Positions 52,160 to 64,000 of a DNA stretch of 64,000 bases are shown one piece after another. A model generated the notes under the pieces. The model did not search any database. It was not told the DNA's origin and saw nothing but the letters and a program-made list of their open reading frames with translations. Every line of letters starts with the position of its first letter. The first letter of the stretch is position 1. Where the stretch lies: assembly GCA_951406725.2 (NCBI GenBank), contig OX597828.1, forward strand, positions 36,022,001-36,086,000, given 5' to 3'. Source of the stretch: Octopus vulgaris (Eukaryota). The position numbers were made by a program, and so were the translations under genes.

Positions 52160-52504
52160 ATTATTTACATTTGATAGATATTTGTCCTCAACAATGTCTC
52201 AAGTGTCTTGGGGAAATTTCAAACCTGTGTTCTTATTCCCAAGGTATTATCATCATTATTATCATTATTCAGGTCACTGCCTGGAATCGAACTCTCTTAA
52301 CCACTACACCATATGCCTGTAATAATAACAACATAAAAAAAAAATACCTTAGGTTTGAGAACCCAGGTTTGAAATTTCCCCAAGACACCAGATGAAGGCT
52401 GGAGGGTATATCAGCCGAAACGTGTTAACAAACATGATGAGGATAAATATCTGTCAAATGTAAATAATGCACATAATTCCTCATTTCTTAAATATCGAAC
52501 TGTA
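52160..52504. mobile_element. Family E inverted dimer with 12-bp TSD
   Basis: atgtctagctat (52148-52159) and atgtgtagctat (52505-52516); mutated hammerhead at 52384-52426; motif deleted in the left arm. Confidence 0.8.
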
Positions 52505-53534
52505 ATGTGTAGCTATGGGGGAAATGTTAAGCTTGCTTGGAGGCAGGTGAGTGTTGGTGACTAGGAAAGGCATCCAGCTGCAGAAAATCTTCAACAAATT
52601 CTGCCTGACCAACGCAAGCATGGAAAAGTGAACGTTAAATGAAAATAAAAATGATGAAAGATGAACTTATTGGTGTGTGTGTGTGTGTGTGTGTATGTAT
52701 ATACATTATTCATCATCATCATCTAACGTCCATTTTCCATGCTAAGAGCCCTTCCTAACGCCAACCACTCCATGAGTGGGTGCTTCTTATGTGCCACCAG
52801 CACAGGGGCCAGGGGAGGCTGGCAAACGGCCACAATCGGTTGGTGCTTTTTACGTGTCACCGCCACGGACGCCAGTCAAGGCGGTGCTAGCATTGGCCAC
52901 GTTCAGATCGTGCTTTTTACATACCACCGGCACAGGTATCACAACTACAATTTCCATTTGATTTTCATTTTGATGTTGATGTACTTGACTCAATAGGTCT
53001 CCTCAGGCACAGCAGGTCGCCCTACGATCCAAGGTTAAGCACAGCAGGCTATCCTGCAAGCCATGAACTCACTTCATTTGTCAGATCTTCGCAGTCACAG
53101 CATATCTCCAGAGGTCTCGGTCTTTCGTCATAGCCTCTATCCATTTTATTTTTATTCTACTTGTTTGTCATTAGACTGTGGCCATGCTAGGGCATTGCCT
53201 TGAAGAGTTTAGTCAAACCGATCAACCACAAGACTTAATTTATAAGTCTGGTACTTTTTGAGACATGAACAAAATGCCAGTTATCAAATGGTCATCAAAT
53301 GGGGTGGGAAGAGGAGCCTACACATCAGATGTGCAGTCTCTTCTTTGTTACAGCACATTTATAAATAGATACATATATATATGGGTCTTTATGTACATTT
53401 ATTTATATATGTGTAACAAAAGATGAAGCATCACTTACGTAACCGAACACAGATTACAAGAAAGCTGTCAACAAATGAAATAAGCATCTATTCTGTCACT
53501 TCTCTTATCTCATCAATTTATATATATATATATA

Positions 53535-53700
53535 CAGTAATCTCTTGACTATCGCGAGTGTTACATTCCAAGCCCCCACCCTCCCCATGATAGGTGAAAA
53601 TCTACGAGGTAGAAACAGTACTGTACTGTATATTTTTTTTTTTTTATTATTCTTATAATTTGTATATATTTATTTTATTATAGATGCAAAACACCACCAT
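53535..53700. mobile_element. Tc1/pogo-like transposon end
   Basis: TA-cagtaatctcttgactatcgcg; no partner TIR seen. Confidence 0.4.
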
Positions 53701-54154
53701 GGAGGAATCGTCGGCAGGGACATAAGAGATGACGGACATGGGAAGGAATATAGATGTTGCACGGATGGTAGTTGAACCAAGAAAGAAAGGTCAGGCTTGG
53801 CCGAACACTGTTCACATGGAAAGAGAGGAGATAGGTAAAGGCAGAGGGATAGAAGAATTAGGGAGGGACAAGAGAAAAAGAAAAGGCAAAGAGTGAAGTG
53901 AAAGAAGAGGGAAGGCCAGGAAATGTGAGAGAAGGGGGATATATACTCTTTACTCTTTTACTTGTTTCAGTCATTTGACTGCGGCCATGCTGGAGCACCG
54001 CCTTTAATCGAGCAACTTGACCCCGGGACTTATTCTTTTGTAAGCCCAGTACTTATTCTATCGGTCTCTTTTGCCGAACCGCTAAGTAACGGGGACATAA
54101 ACACACCAGCATCGGTTGTCAAGCAATGCTAGGGGGACAAACACAGACACAAAC

Positions 54155-54190
<36 letters not shown>

Positions 54191-54194
<4 letters not shown>

Positions 54195-54584
54195 CATAAG
54201 GGACTAAAGCCATCTGAATATGGCTAGGGACAGGGCAGGGTGGTGGGGGTGTTACTGTTGCATTTAGCCCCAGGCGAACATCGACGTCACCAGAAAGGCT
54301 CGACACCGTCACGGTGCCCTAAACCTGCAAAGGGAGGTAATTCCCGATGAAGCGGAAACCACACACGGACCATGGTTTCAAGGTGTATTGCCTATCTGAA
54401 ACCATGGTCCGTGTGTGGTTTCCGCTTCATCGGGGAATTACCTCCCTTTGCAGGTTTAGGGCACCGTGACGGTGTCGAGCCTTTCTGGTGACGTCGATGT
54501 TCGCCTGGGGCTAAATGCAACAGTAACACCCCCCACCCTGCCCTGTCCCTAGCCATATTCAGTGGCTTTAGTCCCTTATGTTAT
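54191..54584. repeat. GC-rich near-perfect palindrome (about 190-bp arms, 16-nt loop) inside the (TA)n of a SINE
   Basis: 54191-54380 is the reverse complement of 54397-54584 apart from a few indels. Confidence 0.95.
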
Positions 54585-54815
54585 CGAGCAGTTACTGTCT
54601 ATATCCCTTTTAGAGAATTATTATTGCTATATATATATATATATACACATATATACGACGGCTTCTTTCAGTTTCCGTCTACCAAATCCACTCACAAGGC
54701 TTTGGCTGGTCCGAGGCTACAGTAGAAGACACTTGTCCAAGGTGCCACGCAGTGGGACTGAACCTGGAACCATGTGGTTTGTAAACAAGCTACTTACCAC
54801 ACAGCCACTCCTGCA

Positions 54816-54864
<49 letters not shown>

Positions 54865-55586
54865 AAAATAATAACAACAATAATTTTTAGATGGAATTTC
54901 TAAACATTTAATGCATTGCAACGCGCATTTCCACAAATCATGTGTCTCTAAAGATCAGTCCATATTCCTGAGATGATTACAGTGCAGCCAGTCATATCTG
55001 TGGGCAATGGGGCTGATGATCTTCATGGATTCGTCTCTTCAGGCGATATAACATTAATGGATGTGCAGAGGGATGTTTATCCCTTTTTATAGTATGACTG
55101 TGACCGGTGTAATAGAATAAGAGCTTCACTTGCATATTCAAAACGTTTCCCATAAACAAATTTAAAAGATACACACACACACACCAGAAGTAACATCAAG
55201 ATAAAAGTACAGCTATGACATACCATAAAAACATCAACAGAAGACAAAACAAAATAAAGACATGTCTTCCAATTGTCTGTTAGTCACATGATGTTATCTG
55301 CCCTTTCTATTTGGTCACATGATACAGTGTATCTATCCTTTTCTCCTTTCGTATTTGCCCCTACATATGCCCTGCATTCTTTCTCTATCTCAGCTCATAA
55401 ATCCTCTCTTTTCATTCACTTCTGTTCCAATTTCTGAGCACCAATCTATGTGAGGGGAGGGGACACACAGACGTGTGTGTGTGTATGAATATACATACAT
55501 ATATAAAACACATATATAATATATATATATACATACATACAAACACAGACGTTATATATACACACACACACACAGACATGTTATAT

Positions 55587-55617
<31 letters not shown>

Positions 55618-55731
55618 CATACACAAACACAGATATGTAATATATGCATATACATAAAACACACAGACATGTAATATATATACATATATACACAGACAGA
55701 TGTACTTTATACATATGTACAGACATGTACA

Positions 55732-55769
<38 letters not shown>

Positions 55770-56059
55770 CATAAACATGTTGCGCACACACATACACCAG
55801 ACATACAACCACACAGCTGATATTCAAATTCTTTAAGAACATATTTCTCCATTTTTCTTTCAAAATTTTAACAATCAAAAACAAAAACCTGGAACTAGTT
55901 TCTCCGCCATCAAAACTCCGCTCCCACCCTACAACACACAAACCTATTATACTAATTCTACTTTTTGCTTTTGTTTTTAATTTTCTTTACAACTTTTTTA
56001 TCTTTGATATCTAAAAAGAAAAACAAAACAAAATTCTTTCATCTTTTAAATTTCTTCTT

Positions 56060-56112
<53 letters not shown>

Positions 56113-56239
56113 ATATATATTTTAACTTTATATATTTATAATTATTTTTTTTTTCATTGAAGTATGCGCAGGTTGTTTCTTGGATAAGAAAGAGAAAAAT
56201 TACAGAAACAACAACAAAAAGAAGAAGAAAAAAATGATG

Positions 56240-56480
56240 AAATGGGGCGCGGGGGGGGAGCGGCGCTGTGGCACACTTATTAATCATTTCATGAATGGAA
56301 CTTTAGGAACCAAGCAGTCAGCCAGCCAACCAACCAGCCAACAAACCAATTAGTCAATCACACATAAACATCCACTATCAACACTATGAGCAGCAGCAGC
56401 AGCATCACCACCATCACCACAAGTGACGTCACCAAACACAAACCAAGCGGCACCACCAACACCACCACCGCCGCCCCCCT
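56240..56480. promoter_or_regulatory. Candidate promoter-like region
   Basis: GC-rich ggggcgcggggggggagcggcgc, CCAAT near 56346, CRE palindrome TGACGTCA 56424-56431, upstream of exon A on the minus strand. Confidence 0.3.
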
Positions 56481-56537
56481 CAACCCCAACAACAAAGAAG
56501 AAAAAAAAAGCAAATTAATCAACATGTATCACTATCG

Positions 56538-56577
<40 letters not shown>

Positions 56578-58193
56578 GCAAAGAGAGCAACAAGCACACC
56601 CCTACATACAACCACTATAACAAGCCACATACCACGAATACCACCCACTCCGCTTCCACATTACTGCACACACACACACACACAAGCAAGAATACTAAGA
56701 ACCACCAACACCATCGCAAGCAGAATATCATCATCATCAACACCGCCCCCTTCTACATCAATGTGTGCATCCCCCCACCCCACACACACACACACACTAC
56801 AAGGAACCACCAACTGCCACGACCACCACACATTACCAGCAACAACCATTGCTGCCGCCGCCACCACCACCACCATCATGATAACAAGCCAATGAGAAAA
56901 CCTTTATGATTGTTCATTCAACCTGCTAGAAATATCAGCCAAACCATCTCCCTCAAGCCACAAACCTTATTATCTTAAGTAGGACAGATTGAATAATGTA
57001 TGCCAAGATAGCATAATGCCCGAAAAGAAAAAATGTGATGGTGAGTTGATGAAGACTGGAGCAGCATAGAAGCTTTCTTAATCAGGAAGGGCTTGGAACT
57101 AAATAACAGCAGAGACCATCATCAGCCTTTCTATGATCACTCAGAATCCTCTAAAGTAGCAGTCAAATCTCACTGAAATCACACCTGTCTTAAATAAGGT
57201 ACAAGTGGGACCACACAGCCCAACAAACCTTCTTCGAAAAACGTAAGAAAGTAGCAACAGCTAGAAAACCTGTTCAATGAAGGATGTATCAAAAAAAAAA
57301 ACTGGCCCTCTGTTCCTTACAACAAGGGTTCCAGTGGGTGCAATCAAGGGAACAGCCAGCTCGTGAAATTAACGTGCAGGTGGCTGAGCACTCCACAGGC
57401 ACGTGCACCCTTAATGTAGTTCTCGGAGAGATTCAGCATGACCACAAAGTGTGACAAGGCTGGCCCTTTGAATTACAGGTGCAACCCAATTTTAGCAGCT
57501 GAGTGAACTGGAGCAATGTGGAGTGTCTTACAGACACAATGTGTTGAACTCATGATCCTATGATTGTGAGCCAAATACCAATGAGGGATAACCTAGGGTT
57601 AAACAACAACTACTACTACTACTACATCTATCTTTCTCTTTCCTCTTATGTCTCTCCATTTCTCATTAACTCTTCAGCATTCAGATTTCTTACTCAAATT
57701 GTTTTGGATTAATCATGCATTATCTTGTAGCTTTGAAATTTCAATGATGTGATTGTTTAATTTTAGAATGACATTGTATGGTAGGTGTGAGAGGCCAGAT
57801 ATGGCCAGTTTGAAGACAAAGTAGGCACAATATTTTGACGAGATGTGGCTGGTTTATTCATTTGCTAACGAGTTAAGGCCAAACTCGCATCTTATTCTCA
57901 TTTCATCTTCCTCACACACAACCTCTGATACCATCCAATCTGAATGGCATGAATAACTGCTCATTCAACAATTGTTTTGCCCCATTCCACCACCACCACC
58001 ACCACCACCACTGGAAAAAAAGGAGTGGGTGGCAGCATCAATGGAGCATGCTGGCAAAATGCTTTGAGGGATTTAGTTAATCTCCTTTACATTCTGAGAT
58101 CAAATCCTATCCAGGTCAACTCCAACTTTCATTCTTCCAATGTTAATATAATATCAAACAAATGAAGATAGTTTTAATTGAGCGTTTCTTCAA

Positions 58194-58411
58194 CCCTTTC
58201 GATAGCAATCCGACTGAAACCGCCTCTGGCTCTGTAGTACAAATGTCTTGGTTTCATAAGTTTTCAATTAAAATCTTCCATCAAACCTTAGTCACAATTT
58301 ATATTCCGAACACTAGCTTAATGATAACTAAGTTATTTTACTAAAATCTTTATCATATTTAAAATTCAAAGAAACACAGAGCATCTCAAAAGAAATATGG
58401 TAACGAAAGGG
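58194..58411. mobile_element. piggyBac-like MITE
   Basis: ccctttcg...cgaaaggg TIRs flanked by tcaa and ttaa. Confidence 0.65.
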
Positions 58412-58778
58412 TTAAGCCTCAAAAATTCAGATTACTCTGTCAAATGTAATTTTTATTCACATTTTAAAAAAATTAATCAAGTATTATTTGGTAGCTTTGA
58501 GATTTTGAAGATGTGATTGTTTATTTTTACAATGACATTGTAGGGTAGGTGTGAGAGACAGGATCTGGCCAGCTTCAACATAAAACATGCAGAATACGGC
58601 CAGTTGAAACGCACATGGGTTGAAGGCAGTGCTTACAGTATGACCACAGCCAATGAATAAAGTTTAAATGCAATTGGTCAATATTTTATGATACGTACAT
58701 CAATTTCTAAAATGGCAGCATGTGATTTGTGGGAGATTTGCCTATTTCTAAGAGTACTTTGTGAAAAAGCAGTGTGTG

Positions 58779-58834
<56 letters not shown>

Positions 58835-59278
58835 TAGATAGATAGATAGTGGTAAGAAGCTTGCTTCCCCATCACATGGTTCCAGGTTCAGTCCCACTGC
58901 ATGGCACCTTGGGCAAGTGTTTTCTACTGTAGCCTAGGGCCAACCAAAGCCTTTTAAGTGGATTTGGTAGAGGGAAACTGAAAGAAACCCGTCATGCGTA
59001 AATATATAAATATATGTGTGCATCTTTGTGTTTGTATTTGTCCCCCACCATCACTTGACAACTGGTACTGGTATGTTTAAGTCCCCATAACTTAGCGGTT
59101 CAGCAAGAGAGACCAACAGAATAAGTGCTAGGCTTAAAAAATAAGCCCTGGGTTGATTCATTCGACAAAACTCTTCAAGGTAGAGCCCAAGCCATGGCTG
59201 CAGACAAATGGCTGAAACAATATATATATACTTATATACTTTCAAAATGTGACCTCGTGTGTACCGTTGGCGATTTTT

Positions 59279-59445
59279 TTTCCTGTCTTCCCTTCTCAGG
59301 ATCTTTCCTTCTCCTATGTTTCCGACGAAGAGCTCCACTCGAAACGTTAAACCCTCCTTCTTTCCTGTCTTCCCTTCTCAGGATCTTTCCTTCTCCTATG
59401 TTTCCGACGAAGAGCTCCACTCGAAACGTTAAACCTTCCTTCTTT
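59279..59445 (+). ncRNA. Two tandem minimal hammerhead-like motifs with 82-bp period
   Basis: GTTT-CCGACGA-A-GAG-ctcca-CTC-GAAAC-GTT-AAAC at 59318-59352 and 59400-59434. Confidence 0.6.
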
Positions 59446-59524
59446 CCTGAGCGTCCAATAATACTATATTTGTTCCAAGTCCTCGCAATGTTGTGTTTTT
59501 TTTTTTGTGCTTTCTTGTTTGGAT

Positions 59525-59583
<59 letters not shown>

Positions 59584-61724
59584 TGTTACACAATGCTGGT
59601 CACAATGTGCTTTCTATTGTTTTAGCTATTGAATGATGTCAGCCCACTGGTTAAGTGAACAGGCCGACATTCCCCCCTTGATCAGAAGGTTAGTCCATCC
59701 ACAGGGTGACCCTTTTACAGCCGAGTGGAGTGGAGCAACATGAAATGAAGTGTTCTGCTCAAGAACACAATACACGACCGGTCTAGGAAGTGAAACCATG
59801 ATCTCATGAACGCGAGTGCAACATACCTAACCACTAGGCCACGCACCTTCACACGAGTAGCCAACCAATTCTAGCATGATCATAACTATTCACAATGACA
59901 CAACACACAGTCTCTGGCTAATCAGAGCTAATCTGGTTTAGTGGTTGTAGTGATGGTGGTGGCATTGGATGGAGGGGAGGCGCTGTCATTGAATCACTTT
60001 CCAATTCCCCTGCCCCAGTTTCATTCTCCCTCCACCCCCACCACTTTCCTTCGCCTCTCCACGTTCTTAACTCTTCAAGCCAAATGACTTAATGTTGTTT
60101 CTGTTTTCTTTGCTCTTATGTAAAACATGCCAAGTACATAACTCTATCTACTCAAAAACCTTACCCTGATACACTTGCAGGTTCTATAAAAAAAATGTTA
60201 AAAAATGACCCACCCACCCACCTCACTGTCACCACCACCACTTTTAAACAGTATGACTCTCAGACGTCAACTATTGGCAAACTACAGTTCTTAACAGTTA
60301 CTACTTCCAGTGTTAGCAATTTAGCTAGTTGACCTGCCTATGAGAAAACCACAGTCATTGTATCATAAAAACAGCAGCCAAAAGTTTCCTCAAAACTCCT
60401 TCAAATCACATCCTTACTGCCTTAAACAAAAAAGGATACACTAAATCAAGGATCAGCAAAGTGATCAATATTGACCCCAAGATGTCTGTGTAGCTATTTA
60501 AGGGGTGGCTAAACATTGAAGATTCAACTGTATCAATATAATATGACTGAAATTTTATTGTTCTTTACCAATTTCATTAAGTATTTTCATTAAATTTCTT
60601 TAAATATTTCTCATTAAAAAGCAGTAACAACACAAAAGAACAAATGTATAATTGTCTTTAACCCTCCAGCCAGCTATATCTGGCCCAAATATTCTACTTG
60701 TGTTATGTTCAAACCAATGAGATCTGACCTTTCACACCAACACTACAATGCCATTCAAAAAAAAAATAAACAATCACACCATCACAATCTTGAAGCAACA
60801 AAATAACGTTTAATAAACTATAAACAATGTGAATAAATAAACGTTACATTTGACAGAGTAGTCTATCAATTATACTTAATTTTATTTTTAAAAATTTAGA
60901 TGATTGGGCGGGGGAGGTGATAAGTTATCAACAGTTCTAAGAAGTAGGGGTCAATGATGTAAGGAGTTGGCCAGTTTATGCATCAAATAATATCATCCTA
61001 CATGCACGGGAAAAGATGTCATGGTCACAACTGGAACAGGAGTATCCATGTATCTACTCAACAGCAAGACACCTATGTCTGTCCGTTATCTAAAACATCT
61101 GAACTGGTACAAAGCCACAACCCCTCAATACTATTCTCCCCAGTTGAGGGTTTGTTTTTTTTTTTTGTTTTGTAGGGTACTTGGTGACCCTGTCGGTGCT
61201 GGTGCACTGGAGTTGATGAAATCAACCCCACCCCCACTAAATTTCAGGCCTGGTGCCAATAGTAAAAAGGGTTATTATTATCATTGGTAAGGCAACTGAA
61301 AGGCAGTGAGCTGGCAGAATCATTAGCATGCCAGGTAAAATGCTTAGCAGTATTTCATCTGTCCTTACATTCTGAGTTCAAATTCTGCCTAGGTCGACGT
61401 TGCCTTCCATCCTTTCAGGGTCAATGAAAATAGGTACCAGTTGAACACTGGGATCAATGTAATCAACTAGCTCCCTCCCACCAAATTTCAGGCCTTGTGA
61501 CTATAAAAGAAAGGATTATTTAGGCACTGAGCTGGCAGAATTGTTAAAGCTTTGGAAACGTTTTCTGTAGTATTTGTTCCAGTCCTTTACATTCTGAGTT
61601 CAAATCCCACAGAAGTCAACCATCCAGGGTTGATAAAAATAAATAACCAATCAAGTACTGAGACCAATGTAATCGACTAACCCACACCCCTTTCCCTAAA
61701 TTTCAGGCTTTGTGCTTTGTCAGT

Positions 61725-62275
61725 GCACATATTCAACTGAGTGTAAACATCTTGAGAAAAAAATTGGGCATAAGAGGCATCATATGTGGTGTGCAAGAGA
61801 CACGACTGCACTGGTATGGTCATGTGATGTATTTGGATGAGGACAACTGTGTAAAGAAGTGCTGATCTCTAACTGTGGAGGGAACCTGTGGTAGAGGTAG
61901 GCCCAGGAAGACATGCAACGAGATGCTAAAGCACGACCATCGAACTTTGAGCCTCACAGAGTCAATGACCAAGACCTTTGAGATTATGTTGTGCTTGAGA
62001 AGACCCATCAAGCTGAGCAAAATCACAGTCATGGTAGATACGAATGTCATGCAAATGACACCCGTGCTGGTGACATGTAAAAGCACCCCAGTGTCTCGCA
62101 AATGGCACGTAAAAGTACCCATTACACTCCTGGAGTGGTTGGTGTTAGGAAGGGCATCCAGCTGTAGAAAACCATGCACAATCAGAATGGAGTCTGGTGC
62201 AGCCTTCCAGCCCTGGTCAAACCGTCCAACCCATGCCAGAATGGACAATGGACATTAAATGATGATAATGATGAT
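61725..62275 (+). mobile_element. RTE-clade LINE 3' fragment (ORF end and 3' UTR)
   Basis: RLHWYGHV...VEGTCGRGRPRKT motif followed by the shared 3' UTR and (gat)n tail. Confidence 0.85.
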
Positions 62276-64000
62276 TAACGGCAGCGATCTTAGCAGAATA
62301 GCACATCAAAATGTCTAGTGGCAGGCATTTGTTCCAGTTTTAGAAATGAAGATGACAACTACAACTACAACAACGACATTAGTCTGGTAGATCTAATATG
62401 CTGCTGGGTACATCACCACCACCACCAAGTGATTGTGTGCTCTTAGTCCCCTTATAGCAGTGGTTTGCAACCAGGGACCATGTAAGATATTGTAGTTAAT
62501 ATTTATGTACAATAAACTGGTTATGTTTCTACAACACAGAAAACAGTTTACTCTTTTACTTGTTTCAGTCATTGACTGCGGCCATGCTGGAGCACCGCCT
62601 TTAGTCGAGCAAATCGACCCCAGGACTTATTCTTTGTAAGCCCAGTACTTATTCTATCGGTCTGTTTTGCCGAACCGCTAAGTGACGGGGACGTAAACAC
62701 ACCAGCATCGGTTATCAAGCAATGCTAGGGGGACAAACACAGACACTCATATATATATACATATATACGACAGGCTTCTTTCAGTTTCCGTCTACCAAAT
62801 CCACTCACAAGGCTTTGGTTGGCCCAAGGCTATAGTAGAAGACACTTGCCAAAGATGCCACGCAGTGGGACTGAACCCGGAACCATGTGGTTGGTAAGCA
62901 AGCTACTTACCACACAGCCACTCCTGAAAAATTTCTTTTATACAACTCCTATAATATTTAATTCTGAAAATATAATAGGATTTTTTAAACATCAAAATGG
63001 CTATGAGGGTCCATCCAAGTAAGATAGAAATCCGAATCCAGGTAAAAAAAAAAAAAAAAAAGTCACAGGGGTTTTGTCTGGGGAGGATTTTTGTCCGGGT
63101 CCCATAAATTGTGATGTTTTTCCTGTGACCTTATTACCAGCCACCATAAATTAGTTTGTGACTTTTTTTTCCAAGCCAAAATTGTGATTTTATTACTGTG
63201 ACTTTTTTTCCAGTGAGTTTTTTTTACCGGTCACTAAAAATCCAAAGGGTCCATAGGTAAAAGGAGAAAATTTCAAGAAACAATTGCATTCAGTTGGACC
63301 AAAAAGAAAAAGACCCTGTTTATATTCTAAGTATTCAGTCCACTCACTGAAGATATTCAAGCTGGGCATAAGATATTTCAGACGTTCATTGCTAGACTGG
63401 AAGAGACTGCAGACGTTATGGCTATTACTCCATTTCCTCTTGCTAACAATAAAAATTAGCAATCTGACCTCTCTCTGGGTAAGCACGAATCTAAACTGAA
63501 AGACTGCTTGAATTCTGAGTACTAAGAGCACTTATTTAATTGCCTATCATTCCTACTCACATCAGCTCGAGTGAGAAGAGGAAAGCGTATGTATAATATA
63601 AGAACGTGAACGCAGACATGTCTGTGTAGTTAGGAAGCATACCTTGCAACCACGTGGCTTCGAGTTCAGTCCCACTGCTTGACACCTTCGGCATGTGTTT
63701 TCTAGTATAGCCCCAAGCCGACCAGCACCCTGTGAGTGAATATGGCAGGTGAAAACTGTAGAAGCCTGTCATGAATGTGTCTTCGTGTTTGTTCCGACCA
63801 CCATCTCTTGGTTTGTTTACATCCCAGCCAATTAGCGGCTCGACAAAAGGAACCGATAGAATAAGTACAGGCTTTTAAAAAAATAGTTCAGGTCTATTCG
63901 TTCGATTAAAACCCTTTAAAGCATGTAATTAAATAGCGCAAGACTTTTGTCATAGCTTCTACCAACTCTCCCCCACCCCTACTACCAACTATTGGCAGAA

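Noticed and set aside
53438-53463. Possible micro-exon (gacag...gtaagt) upstream of exon A
   Set aside because: The frame needed to join exon A contains TAA.
55218-55226. ATG/gtatgt that would place Met directly before exon A
   Set aside because: Short motif expected by chance; no other support.
63055-63250. Repeated gtgacttttttt motifs suggesting a DNA transposon remnant
   Set aside because: Ends could not be defined.

Overview
Eukaryotic, AT-rich, microsatellite- and SINE-dense genomic DNA; the repeat landscape suggests an octopus or other coleoid cephalopod (inference). One protein-coding gene can be reconstructed on the minus strand: nine GT-AG exons (43423 to 22688) with mutually consistent phases, 1575 nt, encoding three PDZ domains that resemble PDZ2-PDZ4 of PDZD2 (Drosophila big bang / pro-IL-16 family). 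Its first exon was not found. Nearly all listed ORFs are microsatellite artefacts. The rest is intronic or flanking repeats: three tRNA-headed SINE families, RTE, CR1 and R4/Dong-like LINE fragments, a decayed Gypsy pol, a complete non-autonomous Helitron, MITEs and a 28/30-bp minisatellite. The most unusual signal is about a dozen minimal type I hammerhead-ribozyme-like motifs in several unrelated small repeats. These include a family that fuses a tRNA-like Pol III head to a hammerhead-bearing, Penelope-like tail and inserts as an inverted dimer with target-site duplications. All calls were made by eye; no folding or database search was run.
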